64,000 nt of DNA from assembly GCF_009914755.1 (NCBI RefSeq), contig NC_060943.1. One strand, given 5' to 3'. Made by a program: the position numbers and the translations under genes. Each line of letters begins with the position of its first letter. Position 1 is the first letter of the stretch. The notes under the pieces were generated by a model that ran no database searches, had not been told where the DNA came from, and saw only the letters and a program-made list of their open reading frames with translations. Positions 19,179 through 44,093 of the stretch are shown piece after piece. The DNA comes from the human T2T-CHM13v2.0 reference genome, Homo sapiens.

Positions 19179-19307
19179 TCTGTGTTCTGATAGACGCCCA
19201 CCGAGATGTTCAGCCCCTCCAGCTCTTCCTTGAGCATCTGCAGGTCTGAGTTGACGAAGCTCAGCTCCAGCCGCACTTGCTCCCGCACCTTTGAGTTTGT
19301 GGCCACT
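19179..19307 (-). CDS. RHPN2: RHPN2 coding exon 3 ([43 protein letters not shown]), 129 nt; second half of HR1 domain
   Basis: Acceptor ctttgaacag|A, donor AGA|gtaagt. Phase 2-2. Seen at the end of ORF 19175..19807. Confidence 0.97.
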
Positions 19308-20249
19308 CTGTTCAAAGAGAAGAGGGAGAGAAGTGCCCTCAGCCAGGTATCCTGGCTTCTAGGTGAGCAGACCCAATCCCCAGTCCCTGCAGGGAGGATC
19401 AGGGCACAGCTTGCAGAGGAGGGCCAGGAGTGTCGGTTAAGGTATCCCAGGGACACAGGGCACCTACCCAGCTTGCAGCACACCTGCCAGTACGTGGAGC
19501 TGGGGACACAGGCAATGACACTGTGAGCTGCAGACATGAACTCTATGACATCCTGCAAACACTCAGTCTTGAGAAGAGAAAACAAAACTGCTCCCAGCCA
19601 TGCCCTAAAATACCATAAGATACCCACTTGAAAAGAAATGAATGATTCCAGCCGGGCATGGTGGCTTACGTCTGTAATCCCAGCACTCTGGGAGGCCGAG
19701 GCAGGTGGATCAGCTGAGGTCAGGAGTTCGAGACCAGCCTGGCCAACATATAGTGAAACTCTGTCTCTACTAAAAAATACAAAAACTAGCTGGGTGTGGT
19801 GGTGCATGCCTGTAGTCCCAGCTATGCAGAAGGCTGAGGCTTGAACCTGGGAGATAGGGGTTGCAGTGAGCTGAGATTATGCCACTGCACTCCAGCCTGG
19901 ACAACAGAGCAAGGCTCCCTCTCAAAAAAAAAAAAAAAAAAAAAAAGAAATGAATGATTCCTTTCGGTGGGAGAAATCACAGTACATAAATAAATAAACA
20001 TAAAATTTGTTTTAAAAAAAGAAAGAAATGGATGATTATAGCTGGGCATGGTGGTGCATGCCTATAGTCCCAGGCAGGAGGATTGCTTGAGTCCAGGAGG
20101 TTGATACTGCAGTGAGCTATGATCACACCACCGCAATCCAGCCTGGGTGACAGAGCAAGACACTGTCTCTAAAAGCTAAAATAAGATAAAATGAAATAAA
20201 ATATAAAAATATATAAGATAGAAAGTAAAATAAAATAAATGAATGAGAA

Positions 20250-22350
<2,101 letters not shown>

Positions 22351-22359
22351 CATCCATAG

Positions 22360-22800
22360 GTACGTCAGGGTCCCTAAAACCACCCCCAAGTTCAGTGTTA
22401 ATCTAGGAGGACTTGCAAAAGCCATGGCTATGGTTTACGACAGCAAAAGACACAAAGCATAATGAGCAAAGGGAAAGGCACATGGGGTGAAATTGGGAGG
22501 AGGCCCGGCCCAGGCTTCTAGGGGTCCTCTCCCAGTGGAATCCCACAGACCGTGCTTAACTCCCCCAGCAAAGAGTTGTGACAACACACGTAAAATGCCA
22601 TCTACCAGGGAAGCTCAGAGACTCCGTGTCCAGGGTTTTTACTGGGGGCTGATAGCATAGGCACCTCTGCCTAGCATGCTCCAAAATTCTGGATTCCCAG
22701 AAGGAAGGCAAGTGGTTCCACATAAACCACACCATTTGTACAAACAGTTCAGGCACAGTGAGTCAATCTTATCAGTCTGGGAATGGTGAGAACACTCGTA
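22360..22800. mobile_element. MER21/MER77-like ERVL-class LTR fragment
   Basis: Resembles recalled consensus (accacccccaagttcag...ctaggaggact...agcaaagggaaag...gggtttttactgggggctg). Confidence 0.55.
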
Positions 22801-23072
22801 AAATCGAAGTCTCTGCCCTCACCACGTGTGACAACACTCTTCCTCTTGTGGCCCTGGAAGTCCACACACACGCACATTTGGACTGCCCCAGAAAATAAGA
22901 TACTGGAGGCTCAGCTTGATGAATTTCATCAATTTAGAGATGTTTGTGTGTGTATGGCTATGGCACCAGTAAGAAATACATTTTAAGCCAGGTGCAGTGG
23001 CTCACATCTGTAATCCCAGCACTTTGGGAGGCCGAGGCACGCGGATCACTTGAGGCCAAGAATTCGAGATCA

Positions 23073-23297
<225 letters not shown>

Positions 23298-23369
23298 TTA
23301 CAACTCAGTACATGCATGCACACACACAGACACATGCCCCTGCAACAAAAGTCTCACAGAAGTCATAGG

Positions 23370-25299
<1,930 letters not shown>

Positions 25300-25972
25300 G
25301 CAAAGCACTGAATTGATGTCATTACACACCACAGGTCACAATCTGCAGCTTGTAAAACCTGTGCTACAAAGAGCTTATTGAGAAAACGACTGATCCTGTA
25401 GCTGATAATGTTCACAAGGATTGGGGTGGGGGCGGAATCCTCCCATCCCTCAGTATCAGGAATGGGTTCATTTCTTCTTACAAATGGGATTCCTTTTGTC
25501 TAGTGAATATAAAATGTGTTCCAAATATATTCCCTTCCTCCTATTGCCTGCCAGGAAGCTCAGAGACAAACCATGGCTCACATTTCACAAAGTATAGAGG
25601 ACTTTGTGGCATGCACTAGCCTTACCTCCAGCTAAATCTCTCCTTTATTCTTCTTTCTCTTGCCTTCATATCTTCATTCACTCCTGATTTAATCTTACAT
25701 GTTGTATGAATATGTTAAGGTACTTCAAATCTACTTTAAAATGAGGGAAGATAAATAATTATAATTCAATTATAATTCCTAGAGGACAAGCCTTCTTTCT
25801 CTTGGTATTTTTTTCCTAGAATCTGGCATAGCCCTTTCCACATCATGGGGGCGCTGAACAAATTTTAGTTCATGGAAGAACAAATGACAGAGTGAAGACT
25901 ACTCCCTCTAGGCAGTGAGGGAGCTGATTGGTGCTTAGTACCACAGTAGGTTCGACTTAAATATAAAAACTA

Positions 25973-26555
<583 letters not shown>

Positions 26556-26831
26556 TCAAAAAAGAAAAAATAAAATAAAATAAAAATAAATAAAAACTGA
26601 GACCCTAAGAACCCCACCAAAATCCCTAGAGAGCTTCCACGTAATGCCAACTCTTTATTTTTCCACCTTTATATATAAATTTGCCATGTCTCCCCCCTCC
26701 CATCTTGGCAAAACATTTTTTTTTTTAATAGAGTCAGGGGTCTAAACATATTGCCCAGGCTGGTCTCAAACTGCTAAGACAAAGCAATCCTCTTGCCTCA
26801 TCCTCCCAAAGTGCTAGGATTATAGGTGTGA

Positions 26832-26957
<126 letters not shown>

Positions 26958-27132
26958 TGAGACCAGACTGGCCAACACAGTGAAACCCCGTCTCTACTAA
27001 AAATACAAAAGTTGGCCGGGCGCGGTGGCTCATGCCTATAATCCCAGCACTTTGGGAGGCCGAGGTGGGCAGATCACGAGGTCAGGAGATCAAGACCATC
27101 CTGGCTAACACAGTGAAACCCTGTCTCTACTA

Positions 27133-27498
<366 letters not shown>

Positions 27499-27823
27499 TT
27501 ACAAGAAAGCCAGGTGAAGTGGGTCATTCCTATGATCCTAGTGCTTTGAGAGGCTGAGGCAGGAGGACTGCTTGAGGCTAGGAGTTCAAGACCAGCCGAA
27601 GCAACATAGTGAGACCCTGTCTCTAAAACAAATATGTTTTTTATTTTAGTTTTTATTTTTGAGATGGAGTATTTTTGAGATGGAGTCTTGCTCTGTCACC
27701 CACGCTGGAGTGCAGTGGTACGATCTTGGCTCACTGCAACCTCCACCTTCAGGTTCAAGTGATTCTCCTGCCTCAGCCTCCCAAGTAGCTGGAGTTACAG
27801 TGTGTGCCACCACACCCAGCTAA

Positions 27824-28036
<213 letters not shown>

Positions 28037-28288
28037 TGAGGATCAGCCTCCCAAAGTGCTGGGATTACAGGCTTGAGCCACCACACCTGGCCTAAAAATT
28101 TTTTTTAAATACATTTCCAACAAATCAATGAGCTGCCCTTAAGATGTAGACCTCTTTAGGTTGGTCACTTTGAAACTGTTGGCAGCCAGGTGGGGTCTCA
28201 GGGTTGGTTTCTGTAATGCTGACCTTTGGTGCAACCATGATTCAGAAATCAACCCTGGCGTCTGAGCTTCGTTGCTAGCACAGGTGTA

Positions 28289-29109
<821 letters not shown>

Positions 29110-29147
29110 TCACTTGAGCCCAGGAGTTTGGGTCTGCAGTGGGCTAG

Positions 29148-30548
29148 TGAGAGGTGACAGCGTGCTGGCAGTCCTCACAGCCCTCGCTTGCTCTTGATGC
29201 CTCCTCTGCCTGGGCTCCCACTTTGGCGACACTTGAGGAGCCCTTCAGCCCGCCGCTGCACTGTGGGAGCCCCTTTCTGGGCTGGCCAAGGCCCGAGCCG
29301 GCTCCCTCAGCTTCTGGGGAAGTGTGGAGGGAGAGGCGCGGGCGGGAACCAGGGCTGCCCGCGGTGCTTGCGGGCTAGCGCGAGTTCCAGGTGGGCGTGG
29401 GCTGGACGGGCCCCGCACTAGGAGCCGACGTCCGGCCCGCTGGCCCCGGGCAGTGAGGGGCTTAGCACCTGGGCCAGCAGCTGCTGTGCTCAATTTCTCG
29501 CCTGGCCTTAGCTGCCTTCCCGTGGGGCAGGGCTCAGCACCTGTAGCCCGCCATGCCTGAGCCCCCCCGCCACCCTCTGTGGGCTCCTGTGTAGCCCGAG
29601 CCTCCCCGACGAGCGCCGCCCCCTGCTCCACGGCACCCAGTCCTATCGACCGACCACCCAAGGGCTGACGAGTGCGGGCGCAGGGCGCCGGACTGGCAGG
29701 CAGCTCCACCTGCGGCCCTGGTGTGGGATCCACTGGGTGAAGCCAGCTGGGCTCCTGAGTCTGGTGGGGACGTGGAGAACCTTTATGTCTAGCTAAGGGA
29801 TTGTAAATACACCGATCGGCACTCTGTATCTAGCTCAAGGTTTGTAAACACACCAATCAGCACCCTGTGTCTAGCTCAGGGTTTGTGAATGCACCAATCA
29901 ACACTGTATCTAGCTACTCTGGTGGTGACTTGGAGAACCTTTGTGTTGACAATCTGTATCTAGCTCATCTGGTGGGGACATGGAGAACCTTTGTGTCTAG
30001 CTCAGGGACTGTAAATGCACCAATCAGCACCCTGTCAAAACAGACCACTGGGCTCTACCAATCAGCAGGATGTGGGTGGGGCCAGTTAAGAGAATAAAAG
30101 CAGGCTGCCTGAGCCAGCAGTAGCAACCTGCTCTGGTCCCTTTCCACACTGTGGAAGCTTTGTTCTTTCACTCTTTGCAATAAATCTTGCTGCTGCTCAC
30201 TCTTTGGGTCCACACTGCCTTTATGAGCTGTAACACTCACTGCGAAGGTCTGCAGCTTCACTCCTGAAGCCAGCGAGACCACAAACCCACCGGGAGGAAG
30301 GAACAACTCCAGACGAACAACTCCAGACGTGCCGCCTTAAGAGCTGTAACACTCACCGCAGAGGTCTGCAGCTTCGCTCCTGAGCCAGCGAGACCACAAA
30401 CCCACCAGAAGGAAGAAACTCCAAACACATCCGAACATCAGAGGGAACAAACTCCAGACACGCTGCATTTAAGCACTGTAACACCGCGAGGGTCCGTCGC
30501 TTCATTCTTGAAGTCAGTGAGACCAAGAACCCACCAATTCCGGACACA
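29148..30548 (+). mobile_element. Solo LTR12-family (LTR12C-like, ERV9) LTR, ~1.4 kb, antisense to RHPN2 in intron 2
   Basis: Starts TGAGAGGTGACAGCGTGCTGGCAG and ends CCAATTCCGGACACA. TSD CTAG at 29144-29147 and 30549-30552. Repeated CCAAT-containing units. Inserted into an Alu right arm. Confidence 0.93.
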
Positions 30549-31018
30549 CTAGGATTGCACTGCTACACTCAGTGTGGGCAACAGAGTGAGACCTCCTCTC
30601 AAAAAATAAATAAATAGGCATGGTGGCTCACAGCTGTCATCGCAGCACTCTGGGAGGCCTAGGCACGAGGATTGCTTGAGCCCTGGAGTTTGAGACCAGC
30701 CTGAGCATCATAGGGAGACCCAGTCTCTACAAAAAAATTTTTAAAATTAGCCGAATGCCAGTCAGGTGTGGTGGCTCATGTCTGTAATCCCAGCACTTTT
30801 GGAGGCCGAGTGGGCGGATCACTTGAGGTCAGGAGTTTGAGAACAGCCTGGACAACATGGTGAACCCCCTCTCTATTAAAAATACAAAAATTAGCTGGGC
30901 ATGGGGGTGCGTGCCTGTAATCTCAGCTACTAGGGAGGCTGAGGCAGGAGAATCGCTTGAACCCAGGAGGCAACAGAGCGAGACTCCATCTCAAAAAAAA
31001 AAAAAAATTAGCCTACTA

Positions 31019-31664
<646 letters not shown>

Positions 31665-32422
31665 TAAAGTAATACATGTGTATGTTGCATTCTGTCCCCA
31701 TTTGTTTTAGTGTAATTATTTTTCTCCCAAGTCTTTTAATAAAACTATCCTTCCAGGAATAAGCACCACATTGACATAGTGACTTGCCGCAGCTTCAGCG
31801 ACCTTATTAGAGCAGCTTAGCCTTAGTCCATCTGATCCCAAATCCCGCTCTGCCAGGGTTTCAGGAGGCTGGAGCGAGGACTGTCCCATCCCCTGCTGAG
31901 GTGGCTGATCAGCCAGACCGGCAGGACATCTGCTCCCAGCCTGTCTCTCAATGGAGGAAGGTGGGCCTTGATGTTGATGTCAGCCCCAAAGGCTATGGAG
32001 GGCCTGCAAACCCCACCACAGACACACACCAGCCCTCCCACAACTGACGGTGTGAGCTGTCATCAACCTCAAGTCACTCTCATGACAGCCAAGGCCACCT
32101 CACGTCACTCCTGACCCAGAATTTCATCACCCCCGTCCAGAGGTCACAAACTAAACTGAAGGCCCGAGGGACTTGTTCACCTGGCTCTCAGGATGTTACT
32201 ATCCCCCCTCTGAAACGAGTCCCCAAAACTTAAAAATTCAACAATCGGCCAGGCACAGTGGGTCATGCCTGTAATCCCAGCACTTTGGGAGGCTGAGGCA
32301 GACAGATCACTTGAGGTCAGGAGTTTGAGATCAGCTTGGCCAACATGGCAAAACCTCGTCTCTACTAAAAATACAAAAATTAGCCGGGTATGATGGCGCA
32401 TGCTTGTAGTCCCAGCTACTCA

Positions 32423-32581
<159 letters not shown>

Positions 32582-32892
32582 CTAACTTCTCCTGGAAAAA
32601 AAAAAAATTAGAAGATACAGCAACTCTGGCCCTACCCTCCATGAGGCAAACTGCAGTTGCCTCATCCAGACAGGGCATATGCTGTGCACTTCACCACAGT
32701 CCCCACCACTCCCTGTTGTCTCACAGCACAGAATCCAGCCCCATTCACTCATTTAAAGCCCACCTGATCCCTGTAAACCTCGGAGCAGGTCACTTCTGAT
32801 CTAGCCCAACAACTCTCAGCACAACAGGGGAACCTGAAGCCCAGAGAGGTTAAATGACCTGCTCTTGTTCAAAGAATCAAAGAACTAGTTAG

Positions 32893-33165
<273 letters not shown>

Positions 33166-33949
33166 TGATTCGCCCACCTCGGCCTCCCAAAATGCTGGAA
33201 TTACAGAAGTGAGCCACAGTGCTCACCGGCCCTGCTTTAAATTTCACAAGGACTGCCTCAATTTCAGATAAACTTCATCATATTTCTACCCTAGCTTTTC
33301 TCAAGGGAGGGAAGCTGGGAGAAGACAGAATATTGTCTCTGGTTGGCCTAAATGAAAAAGTACGGTCAGGCATGGTGGCTTACACCTGTAATTCCAGCAC
33401 TTTGGGAGGCTGAGGCAGGCAGATCACCTGAGGTCAGGAGTTCCAGACCAGCCTGGCCAACACCGTGAAACCCTGTCTTACTAAAAGTATAAAATTTAGC
33501 CAGGCATGGTGGCACATGCCTATAATCCCAGCTACTCGGGAGGCTGAGGCACAAGAATCACTTGAATCCAGGAGGTGGAGGTTGCGCAGGTGAGCTGGTA
33601 TCTCGACACTGCACTCCATCCTGGGAGACAGAATGAGACTCTGTCTCAAAAAAAACAAACAAACCTGAAAAAAGTGCATTTGAAATATTTGATGGCTTCC
33701 TAAAAAAACTCCAGGAAGCTCATGGACTCCCAGCTGGAATGGATCAGAGAAGGGGAAGACTTTGAAGGATCATAAAATCTGGTTTTTCAAGTGCCTGCCT
33801 AGCCACGATACCCTCTGACAGTCCTCAGATAAGGGCTTAGCACCCCCATTTCCATTCCTGCATTTCTGGGGACACCTCCAAACATCCCCCACCCCTATTC
33901 CAACAGATCTACTTTCCTTTGGGGGCTGCGGTAGGAAACCTGGGAACCA

Positions 33950-34878
<929 letters not shown>

Positions 34879-35552
34879 TCAAAAAAAAAAAAAAGGTGCT
34901 CAATGAATCCATGAATAGGTAAATCAATTGTTGTCCACTCCTAGGAAAGCCATACACCATCAAGGCTGCCCACCTGCCCCCTTGGCCACAGAGCAGGCCT
35001 GTCCAAGGGTCAACCAGAACCCTAGGCCACAAAACATACCACGGCCTTCCCAGCACATGACAGGGAGTCCCAAAATCGGGGGCCTCTCTCACGTCACACA
35101 GATGACATGAGTTGCTCTCTGCTATGGGAGTGGACAATTCCCATGTCCAAACTTGTCTTGGGATAGGGACACTGCTTGACTTTTTAAAAGCCAAAACGCT
35201 ACAGTATTTTTCCCAGCCTCCTCCAGTAACAACCTGCTTTGCACCCAGTTGCAAAAGGAGCTGGAGAAGAGATTCCCAGACAAACTTCCCACCCAGGACC
35301 TCAAGTCATCAGGTATTCCGTGAGTAACAAAAGCAACACAGGCCAGGCACAGTGGCTCATGTTTGTAATCCCAGCACTCTGGGAGACCAAGGCAGGAGGA
35401 TCACTTGAGGACAACAGTTCGAGAACAACCTGGGCAACACAGCAAGACCCTGTCTCTACAAATAATTTTTAAAAAATCAGTCGGGCATTGGCCAGGCACA
35501 GTGGCTCACGCCTGTAATCCCAGCACTTTGGGAGGCTGAGGCGGGTGGATCA

Positions 35553-35783
<231 letters not shown>

Positions 35784-36040
35784 TTAGTCGGGCATGGTGG
35801 TGCATGCCTGTGGTCCCAGCTACTCAGTAGGCTGTTAGGAGGATTGCTTGAAGAGCCCAGGAGGTTGGGGGCTACAGTGAGCTGTGATTGCACATTGCAC
35901 TCCAGCCTGGGCAACAAGAGCGAAACTCCATCTGAAAAAAAAGAAAAAAGGTGGCATGACGCCAGACGCAGTAGCTCGCGCCTGTAATTCCAGCACTTTG
36001 CGAGGTGGAGGCAGACGGATCACTTGAGGCCAGGCGTTCA

Positions 36041-36388
<348 letters not shown>

Positions 36389-36939
36389 CTAGACACAGGT
36401 AAGGCTTCTCTGAGTTCTATGCTGGGTAAGTAACTGTTTTACCACGAGAGCATACTAATGAGTGCCCTAGATCACGGGGGTGTACTGAGCCCTCTCATTA
36501 GCAAGGTGGACACTGGCAATAGAAATATCCCCTCTCCTTCCTTTCTGCTTTTCTTTCCTTTATATATTCAATAAACATTTACCAAGCAAATTCTGCACCA
36601 GGCATAGTGTCAGGCAGTGGAGAAAATAGACAAGTCCCAGAGAAAGCCAGAAAACAAACCTCGAGACAAAAATTGGGCTTCCCATCAAGATGGCTGACTG
36701 AATTGAAGCCAAATGCCACACCGTCTGCATCTATCTCCCACCCACCCAATCCCCAAACACACAAACAGGCGGGGTAAAATATCTGTTTTCAACATAACCA
36801 AGCTATAGGCAAGAAAGGGACGACTCCAGATGCCAGAAATGAGGAGGAAACCCAAAGCTGAAACCAAGAGCCTGGCCTGGGAGTTTAGGGAACAGATGAC
36901 TAGGACTCAGGAGAGGCAGGGAAGCCAGAAGACACCTAC

Positions 36940-37055
36940 TTCAGAAGGTTTTCCGCTCCGGTCCTCATCCGCACGGCTTTCAGGATCTGCTGATTCAAAG
37001 CAGCTCTTTGATTCTGCAATTTACTCCGGCCGGTTTGTGCAAGGGGATTACAGCC
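36940..37055 (-). CDS. RHPN2: RHPN2 coding exon 2 ([39 protein letters not shown]), 116 nt; first half of HR1 domain
   Basis: Acceptor tttttcctcag|GGC, donor GAA|gtaggt. Frame continues from exon 1. HR1-type GAENL motif. Confidence 0.97.
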
Positions 37056-37306
37056 CTGAGGAAAAATAAGAGATGCCCCTTCAGAGGTCGGCCACTCTAA
37101 AAATGATGACAGGGTTTAATATAATGGAAAATGTTTAACTTTAAAAATAATCTTTTCTGAAAACAAAGCATCTACATAGAAAATATTGAAAAGTATAAAG
37201 AAAAGTCGCTCATAACAACACAATTGCAAAACAGCCACTGTGAATTGGTCTTTCCTTCTCATCTATTTTATTTATGTAATTTATTTTAGAGACAAGGTCT
37301 GAGCTA

Positions 37307-37602
<296 letters not shown>

Positions 37603-37620
37603 TTAAAGACATATCTCTAG

Positions 37621-39550
<1,930 letters not shown>

Positions 39551-40873
39551 ATTTTTTTTTTTTGAAACAGGGTCTCAGTCTGTCACCCAGACTGGACTGC
39601 TGCAGTGGTATGATCTTGGCTCACTGCAACCTTCACCTCCTGGGTTCAAGTGATTCTCCTGCCTCAGCCTCCTGAGCAGCTGGGACTACAGGTGCATGCC
39701 ACCACGTCCGGCTAATTGTTCCATTTTTTGGTAGAGACAAGGTTTCACCATTTTTTTGCCAGGCTGGTCTTGAATTCCTGACCTCAAGTGATCTGCCCAT
39801 CTTGGCCTCCCAAAGTGCTAGTCTTACAGGTGTGAGCCACCACACCCAGCTCTCCTTTGCCCAGTTTTAAACTGGATTGTCTTTTTATCTGTCTGGTTGA
39901 AAATTATTTTTAATTTCTGTCAAGTTGACATGCAAAAATAGATAGCTCATTCTTCTAATTTGTATGTTTATTATAACAGTGAAGGTAAAGGTTTTTCCAT
40001 ATAATCTTGACACTTTAATTTCTTTTTCAACAAATTGTCTGTGTTCTCTGACCATTGTGCCCTGGGGTATTTGGATTACAACGCTTCACGCTAAAAGTTT
40101 AAGATCAGAATAAAAGCTGCATTTTAGCTGAATGGTGTTCTTCCCACCCCAGACAGGTAGAAGCCTCAGGACCTGGGATACGCCCACATTCCTCTTTGCC
40201 GCTTATCTCTAGGTCCTGCCCACTGCGGTTACTCCCTGGGAGCGGTCTGGCGGGTAGTATTACGTGGTGAAGAGACTGCCCTTTCTCTCTCCCTGAGTCA
40301 CATCTCAGGCCTGCACACACCTGGCCTCTCCGACCTCTGCCCAAGCCACACCCATGGCCTGGACCCCAGGGAGGGAGATGTGAGTTATCTATAGCGGAAA
40401 CCTCCTCAGGAATCCCAGTATTCTCCTTCCACAGAGATTTCTCATTCTTGGCCAGAATGGTCATGGTAGCTCACAACTGTAATCCCAAGCACTTTGAGAG
40501 GCTGAGGCCAGAGGATCGCTTGAGGCCAGGAGTTTGAGGCTGCGGTGAGCTACAATTGCGCCACTGCACTCCAGCCTGGATAACAGAGTGAGACTCTGTC
40601 TCTACAAATAATAATAAAAATTTTTAAATAATAATAAAAATAAAAGACTTCTCATTCTCATTTCCCATCAGGTCACCACCACCCATCCCCCACATAGCCC
40701 CACAACCTAATTTTCCCTGTCTCGCAAGGACACTTTCCCCCAAGTTCAAATTGCACAGATATTTGGAATTCGAGTTGGCTTCTGTAGACAGGCTGGAGTG
40801 CAGTGGTACGATCTCAGCTCAGTACAGCCTCTGCCTCCTGGGTTCAAGTGATTATCCTGCCTCAGCCTGCTGA

Positions 40874-41059
<186 letters not shown>

Positions 41060-41124
41060 TAAAATTAATATCGTTTAAAGCATTAAACGGTTTCCAATTT
41101 TGTCTTTCTTCAGATTTAAGATTA

Positions 41125-41565
<441 letters not shown>

Positions 41566-42619
41566 TCATTTTACAGGGAAGCTTGAATAACTAATTCCTT
41601 TACGTACATTCCCAGAGCTCAGATAAGCAGCCATTCCAAACTACGGATAAGAATGTTTTTTTTTCTGTTCGTATACTTTCCCCAACTTCTGCTGGCCTGG
41701 AATCAGTACGCCCTAACCAGCCCATAGATATGTGGTCAGGTTTCTAGATAAGGCATAGGAACACTTAGGGTTAGATTTGACTGAGTAATTGGGCCCGAAA
41801 CCACATTACTTATTCCTGACAGGTAGGAATGTTGGGCTTTGCTGGGGAACACAAGAAACACCCACGGGGCTGTGTGTGGAAACTTCCCTGAGAGGTAAAT
41901 CTGGACAAGACTGTCAGAAAGACTCCCTGGCATCACCAGAAACTATTGGCCATCTACTAGCCCCTGCCAGGGGCTGCTCTGTAGGGGACAAGGTGGCGGG
42001 TCCACCATCCCCACCCATACATTTCTCACCCCACCCCCTATCTTGTGTAATAACGAGACCTTAGCCCTGAACAAACAGCTTCCAGAATAGCCTCTGCAAC
42101 TCAGAGACAGGGATTGGTTCTCAACAGAACACAAAGCCGCTCTGAGACTGGAGTGAGGGTTTGCACCAGGGACTGGGGCTAAACCTCTCACACCTGTGGG
42201 GCCAACTGAGCTGTCCTGACCTCGGGATCTGCTGTTGACAAGTTCTACAGTGAAGTGAGACTTTCTCCTCCACAGAGTCTATTCCCTTCCCACACTAAGG
42301 TTCGGACATTTCCGTCAGTCCCGAAACTTGAAGAGTGGGCAAACAGCCAACACCCAAGAAAAGCAAGTACTGAGTGAACCCCCGTGTCATCACCAGCTTT
42401 ACAGGCAACTCCTGGGGTCGGCCCGCTTATGTGGACCCTGGTACAGCATCTCGGATCCCATGGTTCTGCAGCAAGGAGGCTATATGAGCAACTTGAGATC
42501 CTAGAGGCAGGCAGTAAAAGTTGGGGTGGGATTTAAGACCCTGTCCTTCCTGCTGCTCCAGGATGAGCGGTGAGGCGGTGTGAGCGGTAGGAATGCATGC
42601 AACCCCCAGACACCCCTTC

Positions 42620-43060
42620 ATGGGTGATGGCTGCCCACCATCACCCCACATCTTTTGGGGGAACAGTGATGCCAGCCCACTCTCCCGCCTCATAGCCCAT
42701 GATGGCCTGGTGGGGGGCAGGGGTGTGTGTGTAAATCCATGCTCCCCCAACATCCTTTCCAAAGGGAAGAACATCTGACTTCTGCCTGGCCCATTGGAAA
42801 ACCAAAGCCTGAAGATCAGGGTCAATCGAAACCCATCAGGAAGAGGTCCTCATTGGCCTTGAACCTGGGAGGCTGTGACACTGAGCAGTTGCAGCCACCT
42901 TACCACCAGCAGAAGAGTGTCTCCCTAGACAGGGAACCAACCCCAGGTGGGCTGAGCTGAGAAACAGATTTGGCGATGTCATCTGAGCCCTGGATCAAGC
43001 TAGGCCTGAAGCCATCCCTCTGTACTTTTCATTTACAGCAACCAATTCATTCCCTTCTTT
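42620..43060 (+). mobile_element. MLT1 (MaLR) LTR relic
   Basis: tgagccctggatcaagctaggcctgaagcc...acttttcatttaca...ccaattcattcccttc matches the 3' end of old MLT1 subfamilies. Confidence 0.6.
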
Positions 43061-43069
43061 GTATCTCAA

Positions 43070-43380
43070 TTTTCTGAATTGAGATACAATTTATATATAA
43101 TAAAATACACATATTTTAAGTATATAGTTCAATGAGTTTGAACAAACATATAAACCTGCGTAACCATCACTCCTATCAAAATACAGAACACAGAACATTT
43201 CCATCATCCCCAGGCAACCAATACTCTGATTTCTATCACCACATATTTTTGTCTGCTTTTGAACTATGTAAATGTAATCAGATAGGATGTAGACTTTTAT
43301 GTCTGGTTTATTTTGCTCAATACCATGTTTTCAGATTCACCCATGCTGTTTCATTTACCAGTAGTTTGTTCCTTTTTTTG
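43070..43380 (-). mobile_element. Old L1 (L1MC/ME-like) 3' end fragment
   Basis: ttgagatacaatttatatataataaaatacac...gttcaatgagtttgaacaaacat...aggcaacc...ctgatttctatcacc. Confidence 0.65.
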
Positions 43381-43676
43381 TTTTTTTAGACAGAGTTTCG
43401 CTCTTGTTGCCCGGGCTGGAGCACAGTGGCGTGAACTCGGCTCACTGCAAACTCCACCTCCCGGGCTCAAGCGATTCTCCTGCCTCAGCCTCCTGAGTAG
43501 CTAGAATTGCAGGCACCCGCCACCACACCCGGCTAATTTGTGTGTTCCTTTTTTATTGTGGGATAGAATTCTATTGGAGGAACATACTAGGGTGTGTTTA
43601 TCTGCCAAAGTTATTTTGGATTAAATTTTCTAGCACCTGCAACTAAAAAAGTACTAACTCAAATAAGTTTACCTAG

Positions 43677-43919
<243 letters not shown>

Positions 43920-44093
43920 TGATCTGCCCACCTCGCCCTCCCAAAGTGCTGGGACTACAGGTGCGAGCCACCGCACTGGCCTAGAGTGAAAACTCTCTTT
44001 ACAGGTCACTTACATGCCCTTAATGTACAGTCAGATTGTTCACCTGTAAGACACGTATTTAAGAGCAGCACCTAGACAAAGCCCACAGGCAGG

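Noticed and set aside
29780-30070. Repeated ~40-bp units resembling a CRISPR-like array
   Set aside because: These are the known tandem enhancer repeats of LTR12 U3 in eukaryotic DNA, with no unique spacers.
29154-30547. ORFs within the LTR12
   Set aside because: Non-coding LTR sequence; no gag/pol/env is present (solo LTR).
41711-41775. CCCTAA and TTAGGGTTAG as an interstitial telomeric site
   Set aside because: Fewer than two tandem units; chance occurrence.
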